Source: Camelus dromedarius (taxonomy: Eukaryota). Taken from it: DNA of 64,000 nt. This document shows positions 25,201 to 37,859 of the stretch, one piece after another. Each line of letters opens with the position of its first letter. Position 1 is the stretch's first letter. The position numbers were made by a program, and so were the translations under genes. The notes beneath the pieces were generated by a model. The model searched no databases, was not told the origin of the DNA, and saw only the letters and a list, made by a program, of their open reading frames with translations. Location of the stretch: the NCBI RefSeq assembly GCF_036321535.1, contig NC_087437.1, positions 88,538,001 to 88,602,000 on the forward strand. The letters run 5' to 3'.

Positions 25201-26713
25201 ATTTAGCAAAAATGAATACCAATTTAGTGAAAAGTGCCTGATTATATGATGTCAGGTTACTTGGTGTGAGAAGATAATGACAAATTTTCTGCTTGTGTGT
25301 TATTAACGCTTATTGTGATTAACTAGTGGTCATAGATAATTCAAAGACAGGAAGGTGTGACTGTGATTGGCTTAAGTACAAGACTGCCTACAATAGCGAA
25401 TGTCCAGTAAAAGTCCTGATGGCAAACACCAAACTTGGGACCTTGGAAAACAGAGTCATCTTTCCTGAATCCTGAACATCCTGTGCTAGGAAATACAAGG
25501 ACTCCAGTTTGACAAATTTGCCTCTCTAAGCTGTGATCAGTGCTGGTATAATTTGCTATTCTGGATACTGACTTGGTTTGTAAAGTTTTAACACCTAGCT
25601 ATATTACTTACGATGGAGATTATAGGTAAATGTAGACTCCACCAAATTTAAAAGCAACTTACGACATTATGTAAACACCCTTGATTTTGAAATGATTTAA
25701 GTGTTTTCTCAAGTGTTTAACTCGTCATTTATGACTGAAAACTGCCAGTTCACCTAGGTAGATATGCACATTAAGAATAGTAAAAATTATTACGTTTACC
25801 ATGAAAGAGAATATTTAAGTAATTTTCTTATTAATAGTTCCTTTTTAAAATATCCTAATGGAATATTTACAAGATGTAGAAATGTGATCATGTTAACAGT
25901 TCTCCCCTCAAACAATAAATGTACATTCAGTAAATATGCTTATTCCCTTTCTGACATCTTCTGTTTCTACAAAAAGGATTTCTTGAATCACATGTGACAT
26001 AGGCAGGGCTTTGGCAGTACCTTCAGTTTGAGAGGAAATTGCAAAAATATTTCAAGTAACCATCTAGATGACTTAAGTCAAAACTCAGGGAGGAAGATGA
26101 AAAACTAGCTGTAGAAGGTGGTTCATTCTATGCACATATTTGCAAGGTCAGGTTGGAGGATATCATAACTTCGGTGGCCTGATTTTTTATTTCAAATCCC
26201 TTTTCACAGTAATATTTTGGCTTAAGCTTGTGTTATCATGAATGCATCTATTGCCTTTTTCCACTCAAAGATTTGCAGTTCTCCAGATGTGATACTGTGT
26301 AGGAGCTGACAGCAGCAGAAGTAATCACACATCTGATCATCTGGAATATGTCACTATCCATGTTAATGTATGAACTTTTAAACCATTTATGGGCAGATTA
26401 TGGAGAAGGTCTTTATCTTCAATATAATATAACATCATTTGTGATTTATTTAATATATGCCCCTAGTACATTCAGTTTTATATTATTCGCCATTAGTTTT
26501 AGTTCTAATTTTACTTTAAAATCTAACTTAAACTCTTTTTAAATCCTGAAATCCAGAACATTCTGATATAATCTCATAGGTTGTGTATTTTCTGTGCCTT
26601 TTACATCTTCCAGTTCTAGGTAGGGATATTACATGAAGGAAAGTATTGTTTTTAAAAATAGTAAGAATAATCCAGCTGCCAATAATCTTGAACTCTAATG
26701 ATGATGAATAGCT

Positions 26714-27111
26714 GTTTTAGGGTTCTGTTCAGAAACAAACCTATAGAATTATAGAATGTGTTGATGTGTTTGTGTGTTGTATTTAAAGGAATTGGCTCCT
26801 GTCATTGTGGGGACCAAGTCTGAAATCTGTAAAACATCTGGCCTACTGAAAACTCAGGCAGGAGTTGATATTTGCAGTCTTGAGGCAGAATTTCTTTTAT
26901 GAAGTCTCAGTTTTTGCTCTTAAAACCTTCAACTGATTGGATTATATTGATCACATTATTAAGGGTAGTCTCCTTTTCTTAAGGTCAACTAATTATAGAT
27001 GTTAACCACATCTATAAAATATCTTCACAGCAGCACCGAGATTGGTGTTTGATTAAATCATCAGGTACTACAACCTAGCTAAACTGCCATAGACAAGTGA
27101 GTGACCATCAC
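26714..27111 (-). mobile_element. ERVL LTR (MLT2-like)
   Basis: gaattggctc...aaccttcaactgattgg...gttaaccacatctataaaatatcttcacagcagcaccgagattggtgtttga...accatcaca. Confidence 0.8.
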
Positions 27112-30100
27112 AGTCGCTAATGGAATTAATTTCTCTTTATTACCATTTTTCTCTATTACTTTTCCAAGATCTTTGAATGATGCCCAAAGTAAGTGTTCCT
27201 ACTATCCAATCCTAAAGTCCAAGTCAATGTATGCTATTATATGTTCACTTGGGGTTCTGATCTATATAAATCTGATAAGTTATGATTGCATGGGTCCATA
27301 ATATGTCTCCTCAACCATGCCAGTGATGCATCACACTGAGCCTTATATCCCAGTTTACCCAGTTTACATCTGTTACCTAGTATAATTTGTAATAGAACTC
27401 ACTTGTTTCTAAAGTCTGTCTATATTTGGAAGATAAATTATATGATCGCCTTAATCATAACAGAAGGGGACTATTTTAATAAAGGGATAACAAGTGGTTA
27501 TCATCAAAGACTTATCAGTAGAGATGGTTATCAGGGAGTAAGAAAGGTGTGATCAGTAACACCATGTAAGCAGCCATTAAGTAGCCTTCATGTAGCACTT
27601 GTCCTGATATTGACTTTGTGTCAGAAATTTAATTATTTAGTGCATTATGATGATTTACTTATTCTATTTTTGTCACTGATTAAATTTTTGAACTTGATTT
27701 CCTCATCTGTACCAAGACTCCTGTATTAATTACCAGAATTGGATTGTGTAATTTAGTAAATCTTAAGTTCATGGGAAGAGAAAATATGCAACATTATTTT
27801 ATAAAGATTTGCCTCTTTTTGTCACATCTATTTTGGTTACTTCTATTTTTTAATGAATGTATCTCATTCTTGGTACTTTCATAAAGCATTATGATTTATT
27901 TTCTATCTTCATAAGAAGTCTGATTTCCTTCTAGCCAAAGGGGTTAAGTTTTATTTTTTTTAATAAACTTCCCATGAAATTATTCATTTCATTTTTAAAT
28001 ATCTTTTCAATTTTAATACTAAATATTAATTGAAGAAAGTGTGATGTTCTTTCTCTAAGCTATGCTTTCAGTAGATGGGATAATACAGCATTGCAAATGA
28101 CCATTTAAAACCAACAGACGTACTTATGCCACGATCTAGCTGCTACAAATGTGATGGATGAGACCAGGGAGTAAATGGAAATAGACATGATTCTTACTTA
28201 TCTCAAAGGTGTCATTTAGCAAATGTAGAAAACCCATTTTTCTGAAAAGAAGTATGTATGAAGAGATTTTAAAATGATTATGATAGTAATATTCTTTTTA
28301 GTTTTTTAAAAAATTACTCAAAAGCTCCAGCTCCTCTCTACATTCCAGATTATTTCTTTATTGATTTACTTGGATAAAGGTCCATTTGGATTTTTTTGAA
28401 AAGAGTCAGTATTTGAAAATGGTATTGTAATTAGGATGTTGCCCAAGTGGCCACAAAGACAGAGGGGAAGGTCATCACAACTGAGTGGGTCCTGCATTTC
28501 CTCCAACACCCTTTGCAGCTTTTCTCATTTGGTCTTAGTGTTCTGCTAGCCGATCGCCTTTCCTCCAGTTCAATTACTGCTCATTCTTCAACGCTGGGCT
28601 CCAGCCACAAACTCTCCATAAATAATTTTCATAATGACGTCAACTTGAACAATATTTTCATATTTTCTTTTCACAATCTCCTTTAAATAAGTCTTAGAAT
28701 TTAGGGTGAAATATTTTTTAAAGAAGTTAGCTTACATTTTTTCTCCTTACATTTTCCGTCTTTTCTTACTGAATTTTCTTTCCATCTCTTCAAGTACTTC
28801 CATGACTTTTATGGTAAGGCTTTCTGGGTTATGTTTCCAAAAGTCTAAACACTTGAGGGAAAAGAGATGTAAGCCTTCAAACTCTTCAGGCGAGAGAATG
28901 GAGTGGTATTGGTATTGATGAAGGGACTTGCAGATACCTCCCCAGCAGGACCCCAGGACCCCAGGAAAAAATAATAGACATAAGTTCTTGAGGAGGTTTA
29001 ATTTACACCCAGAGCTCTGCACCAAAGATTTCTGTGTCTCAAGTATGGCCGAAGTGTAACAACGGAGGCTTGAAGTAACCATGTAGGTTGGAACGAAAGG
29101 TATCTAAACAGTAACAAGTGTGACCAGATGATCACATCTTCAGGGACTAAAGACCCCTGAAAAAGAGTGGGGGTGGAGATTTCCAAGGTCTTACGTTAAA
29201 TTTCCCACCAGCCTTATGAGATGAGGTCTTTGGATTTAATAGGGCATGGCTTACAGACATTAACAAATAGAGTCTTTCCGGTACAGCTGAATTTCTGAAT
29301 GGAAATACACATATACACAGTATTTTGAAATTGTTTCACAGAGACTCATGGGAAGAAATTATGTCCAATCGTGATTCTTCATTTTAAAGTAGAGCTGGTG
29401 GAAAACAGTTTCTTCCAAATTGCTTGGTCCTCTAAGTCTCATCCTGAGGAAGAAAGTACACCAGCTTTAGAGTTCAGACACTTCAGTGGTAATTCCAGGC
29501 CTGCCACTTCCTCGCTGTGAAAACTTGATGAAACTCATTAACCTCTCTGGACCTATTGTGTTTGATCTCTTGTTCTCTACAACATGGATAGGGCCAAAAT
29601 CTCAGATCTCTTCACCACAATCATTGTTTCCCAACTTCACCTCTGGTAGGTGGTGTGGATAGAGAGGGAAGCCTTTTAGAATAAATACTTGTTGAAATTA
29701 TGCTCTGATGGATGGTTGTTGTTCTTGAGAGAACTTGCTTTGCCTTCTAGATGCTCCATTCCCAATGTCATAGGTACTGTTGTCCCCCCACCCCCCAGAT
29801 GTAGCGGGTAAGTGCCTCACAGACCATGACACCTTCAAATGCACAGTGGGGAGCTGGGTCCTTGTGGTGAGACCAGAGAGGAAAGGAAACAGGGAACTGG
29901 AACTGTCGAAAGATTCCTAGACTCACGTCCGGAGCTGCCTCTATAAGGCTTGTGTTCTATGGGTGTCCCTACCTACACCAAGGACCACTCAATTTCTTTT
30001 AAAATCTGAGTTGCAGCTTCCAGTTTCTGATCTCTCACTCTATTACTAAATGATCCGGTTGGATAACTCTTGATTTTTCCTGTCCAATATTTTTATATTT

Positions 30101-30399
30101 TTCTTTAATTGAACTTCAATATTTCTTTGGATAGCTAAACCTTCTGTTGATGGTGTGAATATATATAGTTTTGTGAGGCCACTAAATCCAAGGTCCTGTC
30201 TATTACTAAGCCAAACATTCACTTTACCATACCAGCAACACAGGTCTGGTATGGATTCATCCATGTATTTAGCACTGCTCGTTTTTATTATCTGGAGATT
30301 TCTCTTTTTTTCTTTCTTCCTTTCTTCCTCTTTCCCTCCCTCCCTTCCTGTCTTTTCTCTTTCTCTCTTTCTTGAGCTTTTTTTTTTAAACTATTTTTA

Positions 30400-30830
30400 G
30401 TAGCATTTCCATTTGTGGCAGAAAGTTTTCATGATTATATGAGTGCCATTTTTCCAGAGCTGAAAATATTAAAAGTAGCATATTTATGATGATTTTGATG
30501 TATTGACCTTCTTACATGTTAGTATAGCTAAATCTGAATGTCTTTTCTTTTAAAATTCTTTTATTATTTCTTTAAATTTTCCATCAGGAGATTAAATAAT
30601 CACCTATAAATTCTACTTGTAAGAATACATTTTTAAAAATAATAGAGACTTTAATCCATGTGTACTTATTTGATATCTGCTCTGAAATGAAACTTTTTTT
30701 CCAATGTATTTTTCAAAAGTGAGCCAAGTGTCACAGGATCATTTATTAAATAACACTCTTTTCCTACTAATTTGTTAAGGCACCTACATCAAAAACAAAA
30801 TTCTCACATTGATACTTGTATAAATGATTC
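30400..30830 (-). mobile_element. Decayed L1M ORF2 fragment
   Basis: Antisense L1 motifs (ttaatccat; aggatcatttattaaataa; ttttcctactaatttg). Confidence 0.45.
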
Positions 30831-31149
30831 TGAAATTATTAGAGAGTTTGACAAATTATTATAAATATAAAATATCAAAAAGGTATTTTTTCAGAAAACA
30901 ATTCCATTATAATATTTTTAGGGTAAAATCTTACCTTCTCTGTCTTATGTTTCAGAGTGTTACAAGTGACCTTTCACAGGTGATGGGTATTGATTTGAAT
31001 ATGTTGATGAAATCACTTGGTTTGCAAGATGTTTGATAAAAAAAATGAAACCTTAAACTCCCAACTCTGTTGGAACAGATGATGTTTTGCTGCCTGGTGC
31101 ACCAATATTCATTAAACAGAAGTATGTGTCCAAAGTTCAGGTATGAATA

Positions 31150-31700
31150 AAAATGAAATGGATTCTCTCAGTGCTTACATGTTAATCTCCATTAGGTCAT
31201 CGTTTCTCAATACCTGTATGATTTGTACTTTGTTCTTCAATATAAAAGGGGCAATTAAAATATTACAAAGCTTCCATGAACTCTGAAGAACTTTTGTTCT
31301 CATTACTAATCATTTTTAAACTGGAATTCTGTAGCCGGCTTTACAAACTTGCGTAATTGGCTAATTCTAGGAACATTTTCTACTCCTATTTTCATCCTTC
31401 GTATAACCCTAAATTTTTTTCTCCAGTTATGGATACCAAGCACAAATGGAGGATAGACTAAGAAGAAGAATTTTAAAAGACAAAATTATTTGTAATATTT
31501 TACATTGTGGTAACTATATCCTAATTAACTGAATCATACGATGTAGTATATTTTTCTTTTATGACTGTAACATGTGAAACATGACCAGAGTTCCCAGCTC
31601 TATATGTTCCATGCATCGGTTCCTACCTACCATTACTCGAGATTCTCAATGGGCCTTTTAAACACATGGTGTATCATTAATCCTCTCCAGTGCCTCCATC
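31150..31700. promoter_or_regulatory. Probable orthologue of the Pit-1 distal (-10 kb) autoregulatory/retinoid enhancer
   Basis: Lies 10.0 kb upstream of the TSS. On -, aacaaaAGTTCTtcagAGTTCAtgg (31277-31292) closely matches the mouse RDE as I recall it (aacagaAGTTCAtgagAGTTCAtgg). Also AGGTCA at 31194, TGACCAgAGTTCC at 31582, and multiple TAAT/ATG-AT-rich motifs. Boundaries approximate. Confidence 0.7.
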
Positions 31701-33520
31701 TCCCTTCCCCTAACTCCCTGTTCCTTTCCATCCCCTTCACTTTTTCCCTCACTTTCTCCAATCTATTTTCATGGAAAATATGTAGAGTTAAAGTAGGACA
31801 AGTAAGAAACATGTTTATTTCACTGTGTACCAACTAGTCAGCATGTTTGTTCATTAAAGGGAATATATTGTGCAAAATAATTGTCATGTGCTATTTTCAC
31901 TTAGTAACTATTATCAATATTTTAATCTCTTCATTCATAATTTTTGAATCACTGATTCAATTTTTCATTAGAAATATAATAATCATTCAGTTTAATATGT
32001 AATATATTTTTAAATAATTTTATTTCATAAAGTGATTAGGTGATTCTGATCATATTCAGTTTCATCGATGACATCATTAAAACTTACTTTTTAATTTTTA
32101 TTTTCCCAGAGTAGCCTAAGAGTATCAGTGTCATTGGTTTTGTGACATTTATTGGTTTTATTTATTTTATGTGTTCAACTTTATTGTTATAAACATCTCC
32201 AGGTCAGTTATTGTTTTATTAAAATTCATTATTTATCATTATTTAAAATTCAAAATTTAGCTAATCTAGTTTTAAAAAATTCTGTCAAAACACTTTGTTT
32301 ACACTCTACGTGTTCTCTGAGAACCGTGGGAAGAACAGCTTTATCCTCAGAGGTAGTTCCTTTCTTTAATGTACAACAGAGTGGTTTTCATTTGCAGAAT
32401 CAATCTGGTGCAAGGCAGGTGTCTCAGTGAAAGAAATTCTAATTTTATTTGCCCTTTATTGAACCCCTCAATTTTTCTTAATTAAACTTCTAGGCTCCTG
32501 TCAAGAGTAATGTAATTACTCTCATTTTTATTCAGAGACCTAAGATCTAGAGAGCTAATTATTCATAAATATATGTATACACATACACACATACATAGAC
32601 AACACACACACACACATATGGTTAATTGCTATTGTTCCGGGCATAAGAGAGCATTCTATAAATTGTCTTAATCTGTTCTCTCCATTTTCCCCTGCAGAGA
32701 CAAATGCCTCTTCCTTGCTTAATAAGACATCTAATAAAGAATTAAACTTGAACTTACCTCCGCAGACTCGTTCAGTTACTACACTGAAAGAGTTCTAGTA
32801 CTTGATGAAAATATATATGGAGAGATTAAGGTTTTCAAAGTAACTACAAGTCAGAATATTTGTATATTTTGTGATGGCAACCTACAAAAAATGTAAAGGA
32901 AGTATTTTCAACTAAAGAAATGTAAATAACAAATTTATATTTACTATCTATATATATATAACAATGTTGGGAAAATACAGAACAGAGATTAGCATAAAAT
33001 CACTTGGATATCATTAAAATTAAACTCCTTTAAATAACATATGATGGGATAACATAATATATTTCAAAACAGCACAAATGAGTCAGAAAGTAGATGTTCA
33101 ATAAACAATAATTGAATCTGAATTTGAATTAGGAAAAAGTCTTATTATTTACAAAAACAGAATGTTATTTTCTAATAATTGGGTACCAAATAGTCTTGTG
33201 TGTCTATGTGCCAAGAACAGCCTTCAGACCTGTTCTTAAATAATGTCCCCCTCAGGCACTGGGATTTTTCAATAAAATTAGTTTTGCTGCTACATAACTC
33301 TCCTACATTCATCAAACCATTCAATTTTTTTCCCCATTTAAGTCATTAATTGAGAAAAATTTAGCCACATCTGATTCCAAAAAGTACAGATTTATGAAAG
33401 TTTAGGTTTGTACATCTTCTGTTCCTCAGATGATCACACAGAAATTTAAAACCACTTCATCTGCTCATGACATTCCTGCCATACAAGTAGGAAATATGAA
33501 AGCAGTATAAGCGTGGTAGT

Positions 33521-33574
33521 AAACCAAACCAAACCAAACCAAAACAAAACAAAGCAAAACAAAACAAAACAAAA
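33521..33574. repeat. Compound (AAACC)n(AAAAC)n microsatellite
   Basis: Direct reading. Confidence 0.9.
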
Positions 33575-33747
33575 ATAAGGATAAGCAGAAGAAAGCAGAA
33601 GAGGAGACAAATGGTACAGATAATATTTCAGGATAGGTAGTCTTAAAGCAGAATGTAGTATGCATAATATGCTTTTGTCTTCGGAAATCCTCCTAATTCT
33701 TCATTGTGATCTGTAATGTCTTGCTTACCTTCGCTCTTGTGAAGTTT

Positions 33748-33870
33748 TTTTCTTCCAGTTTTATTGAGATGTAATTGACATACAGCACGCTATATGTCTA
33801 AAATGTACTGTATAATGATTTGACTATTTATATACATTATGAAATGATGACCACACTAAGTTCAGTGAAT
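33748..33870 (-). mobile_element. Short L1 3' tail
   Basis: ccagttttattgagatgtaattgacatacagcac...tatacattatgaaatgatgaccacactaag. Confidence 0.75.
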
Positions 33871-35529
33871 TTTTTTTTAGCAAACATTATGAATTACATA
33901 TAAATGACTGAATTTTTTAGTTGACGTATTCCAGCCCCCCTCAAAAAACAACGCAAAACACTGAGGCAATCCCAAATAATCAAACATAGCTTTTGATCTC
34001 TATCAGAGGAAACAAAACACCTTTCTTTCTCCTACTTTGCACCCCTGTTTACCTTGTCCCCCTTCTGCAACCCCTATGTTAGATTATCTTGTGTCATGAA
34101 CTAAGCCACAGCCAGATGATTATAATTAAATAATCTCACTGCAGTGGCTAAGGAAAGCATTCTGCTTCTTTCATCTTCAGAGATGCCTAATGAAAAAAGA
34201 AGTCAGACTCACTCGGCACAGTATCAATTAATTTGCTGTGTTCTGTGTACATTTCTTGTTACACCATATGATATCCTTGTGTCACCCAATAAGACTACTA
34301 AGGAGCTAATCTTTTTTTTTTTTTTAACACCATTAGTATAAGGAATAACAATATAACTTCTAATTTAGTTTCAAATAGCAAACATCTCTTGTGAAAGATT
34401 TACACACTCCAAAACATACCTCTATGTATCATGTATTAATGTTGTAAATGAAACCCAGAGCAAAGAGGTTTTCCAACTAAATTAATTCAAGCACAGCAGC
34501 TCATTATTTAGACAAGACTTATTCTATTTAAGTGAGTGAGGCAAATAATAAATCTACCTATGAAGTGTAGTACAACAGCGATATGGTCCTTGTGGGCAAG
34601 CATCATTCCTAAGTCAGTGTCTCACCTTGACGTTTATTTTCCATAAGTAACAAGTTTACCCTTTAGACAGCATTAAGAAAGCATACATCTTCAGCAAGGT
34701 TGCAAGTCATTGAAATTATCTCTTCCTTGGGCAATAAAGAACCTTGATTTCTGGACATGAAAGAATTTAAGGAAGAATAAACTGCATAATATACACATTC
34801 ACTGCTACTTTCATAATCAATAAAGAGCCAAATATAAATGCACGACTGATGTGTGTTTTGAATAACGTCTGTTTCGAATGTAACAGAGTTTCTTTTCAAG
34901 CCATATGGCTGTATAATCTCTTCTTTAAAAACTGCTTTGAGTAAAATTTATCATCTTTTCAAAAGTTATGAGTTGTGGGAATACTAAATTTTATTGTCAC
35001 TTAGACAAACTGAATAAATTAATTTAGATTCATTTTCATATCCTGATGGGACTCCCCCATCTTAATTCCTTCTCTCTCTCTCCCCCTCTTAATCTCTCTC
35101 TGTATATATTATATATATAAAACATATAAAATATTCACAAATTCTAATCAGTTCAAAGTGATCTGAATTACAAGTTGGTAATGAAAGAATTGTTAATATC
35201 AATTGAACACATTATTGAATAGAGTTAAATTATTCAGCAGTGCCAGTCCATTACCCTACAAGAAATAATATCTATATTATTCATGTAGAATACCTGGGTA
35301 CTAATACAGGTTTATATAAAGATCCACATGCTGAAAAGCTGAGAACACTATACCTTGTAGAGAATTAGCTCTTTTTCCATGTTTTCTCCCTGAAGTCATG
35401 AAATAAACAAAAAGTCTAAATATAGAAATCATACACAGAGATAGGGAACCAGAGTTAGAGAAATCTCAATATCATTATACCTTTTTTGCATATAACAAAA
35501 GGCAGTATTCTGTAGCTTGTTCAGGCTTT

Positions 35530-35950
35530 AAATGAATGGATTTAAATGAACTGGATTCCTATACCAGTTCCACTACTTACTGTATGGTTTTGGTAAGTCT
35601 CTGACCTCTCTATTCCTCAATTTCCCAGTCTGTAAAACGGTGTCAACCTTACTGGATTAAGATGAGAATCAAATGAAGTAATATACATAAAGCACATAGT
35701 AAGCATAAATATTTATTGTTTAAAATTTATTTGTGATAAAATTGTTCACATTTATTGAGCACTTATACATGCCAGGCATTGTTCTAAATAAAATGAGTAT
35801 TAGTATTATCACCATTTTGCAGAAAAAGTAAACTGAGACACTTTAAGGTGAAGTTACTTGCCCATCATTACATAGTTATTAAGGTGTCAAGATTGAGTTC
35901 AAGTCCAAACAGTTTAGATCCAAAATCTAGCTACATGCTGAACTATTACT
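35530..35950. mobile_element. Two MIR SINEs in opposite orientation
   Basis: gttccactacttactgt...cctcaatttcccagtctgtaaaacgg, and ccattttgcagaaaaagtaaactgagac...agttacttgccc. Confidence 0.7.
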
Positions 35951-36334
35951 ATACTTCTCAACTCATGCAAAAAGTATAGAAAAATTAGAAAACAAAATGT
36001 GAAAAAGGGAAAAAAATTCAATTCTATTACCTGGAGATAAATAGACTTGAGTCTTATTTCCTAATAGTATAATATTTTTTTCTGGGCTTATATATTTTTG
36101 TCAAAATGTGATCATTCTGTCTAAACTCAGTGTATTTTTAAAAAATAATTATTTGCTTAATTGAAGAGAAGCTACAGTGAGTGAACCAGACTAACAAATA
36201 TGCCTGACCAAGACCCCTGCTGTATTTTCTTTTATTACCTTAGCTTGAAGCAAGTTTTTTCTTCTTATTTATCTGATAGTTTTCAAATTATGCTATAATT
36301 TTCATTAGTATCTAAGTAATTATAAATGAACTCA

Positions 36335-37275
36335 ATTGCAGCATCATTTATAGCATCCAAGACATGAAAACAAATTAAGTGCCCATCAATAGATGAATGC
36401 ATAAAATGTATATATATACAGTGGAATACTACTCAGCCATAAAAAAAGAATGAAATCTTGCCATTTGTGACAACATGAATGTACCAAAAGAGTATTAAGC
36501 TAAGTGAAATAAGTCAGACAGAGACAGACAAATACTTTTGATTTAATTTATATGTGGAATCTAGAAAACAAAATAAATGAACAAACTTGACTAAAGAGAA
36601 ACAGAGTCATAGATACAGAGAATAAACCAGTGGTTGCCAGAGGGAAGGGAGATGAAAGGAGGGGAGAAATAGGTGAGGGAGATTAGGAGGTACAAAGTTT
36701 CAGTTACAAAATAAATGAGTCACAGATATGAAATATATAGTATGGGGAATATAGTCAATAATTATGTAACATCTTTGTATGGTTACAGATGACAACTAGA
36801 CTTACCATAGTGATCAGTTTGGAATGTATAGAAATATCAAATCACTATGTTGTATACCATGAACTAACATAGTGTTGTAGGTCAATTACACTTCAAAAAG
36901 AAATAGACTTATAGAAAAGAGATCAGATTTGTGGCTACCAGAGGTGTCGGTTAGGGGAAAGAGGAATTAGATGAAGATAGTCGAAAGGTACAAACTTCCA
37001 GTTACAAGATAAATAAATACTAGGGATGTAATATACAACATTATAAAAATTAACACTGCTGTACATTATATGCAGAGTAAATCCTAAGAATTCTCATCAC
37101 AAGGAAAAAATTTGTTTTTCTATTTCTTTAATGTATCTATATGAGATGATGGAAGTTCTGTAAACCTATTATGGTCATCATTTCATGATGTGTGTAAGTC
37201 AAATCATTGTGTTGTATACCTTAAACTTATACAGTGCTATATGTCAATTATATCTCAATAAAACTGGAAGAAAAA
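36335..37275 (+). mobile_element. L1 3' UTR (L1MA9-like)
   Basis: gtggaatactactcagccataaaaaa...ctaagtgaaataagtcagac...atgtcaattatatctcaataaaactggaagaaaaa. Confidence 0.9.
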
Positions 37276-37859
37276 ATTTTTAAATAAGTTAACTCTAGAA
37301 ACATAATGCATGTAGCAGCTTAAAAGGTTAGGAGGAATTTTTTAAGGCTCTAAAAATAACAAAAAACAACAAAAACAAAATTTCTAGGCAAAAGAGAATT
37401 TTAAAACAAAATCATTAAGAAATGCACGAGGGAAAAGATCAACATATTTAGTTCATGCACAAAATATATATGTCAATGTCTAGAGCAAATTTAAAAGACA
37501 AGAAATTTTTAATAATTTAATAGTAAGTGATAAAAACAATGAAAATTAATGTTCTTAATACATTTTAAAAGCACATACAAATTGATAATAAAATTTAATT
37601 GATATTAAGTAAAAGGTAAATACATAGTATCTGTTAATTAACGAAATAATAAATACAAATAGGCAATATAAACATGAAAAGACAGCATGTTAGAAATAAA
37701 AGATACAAGGTAAATTAACAGTATGTTGTTGTCTTAACAAACTAATAAAGCTAAGTATTTAAACTTTAGTAATAACATTGAGAATGCACCAAAAATATCA
37801 CGTTTTCTCTACTGGTGCTACTATGAAATTGTGGAATCAAATTAGTCACATTTTAAGGG

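Larger units (their letters stand above)
420..31112 (-). pseudogene. Putative decayed multi-exon coiled-coil protein gene (best pseudo-exons 30143-29973, 28851-28751, 25187-25088, 24225-23988, 23529-23376, 13229-13116)
   Basis: AG/GT-bounded segments with compatible phases and K/E-rich translations carrying scattered stops and frameshifts. No family recognised. See findings. Confidence 0.4.

Noticed and set aside
28500..28680. Exon directly following 28851-28751 after a 70-nt intron
   Set aside because: Joining gives an immediate stop. The segment weakly resembles an L1 ORF1/HAL1 coiled coil (EE..ELEER), which is also a caveat for the neighbouring exon.
29255..29443. 189-nt phase 0-0 pseudo-exon on -
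   Set aside because: Good splice sites and fitting phase, but three stops in 63 codons is no better than random; not counted as evidence.
30956..31140. + strand pseudo-exon (tttcag|...CAG|gtatga) as an upstream POU1F1 exon
   Set aside because: No supporting frame or known isoform; it illustrates how easily pseudo-exons arise in this sequence.
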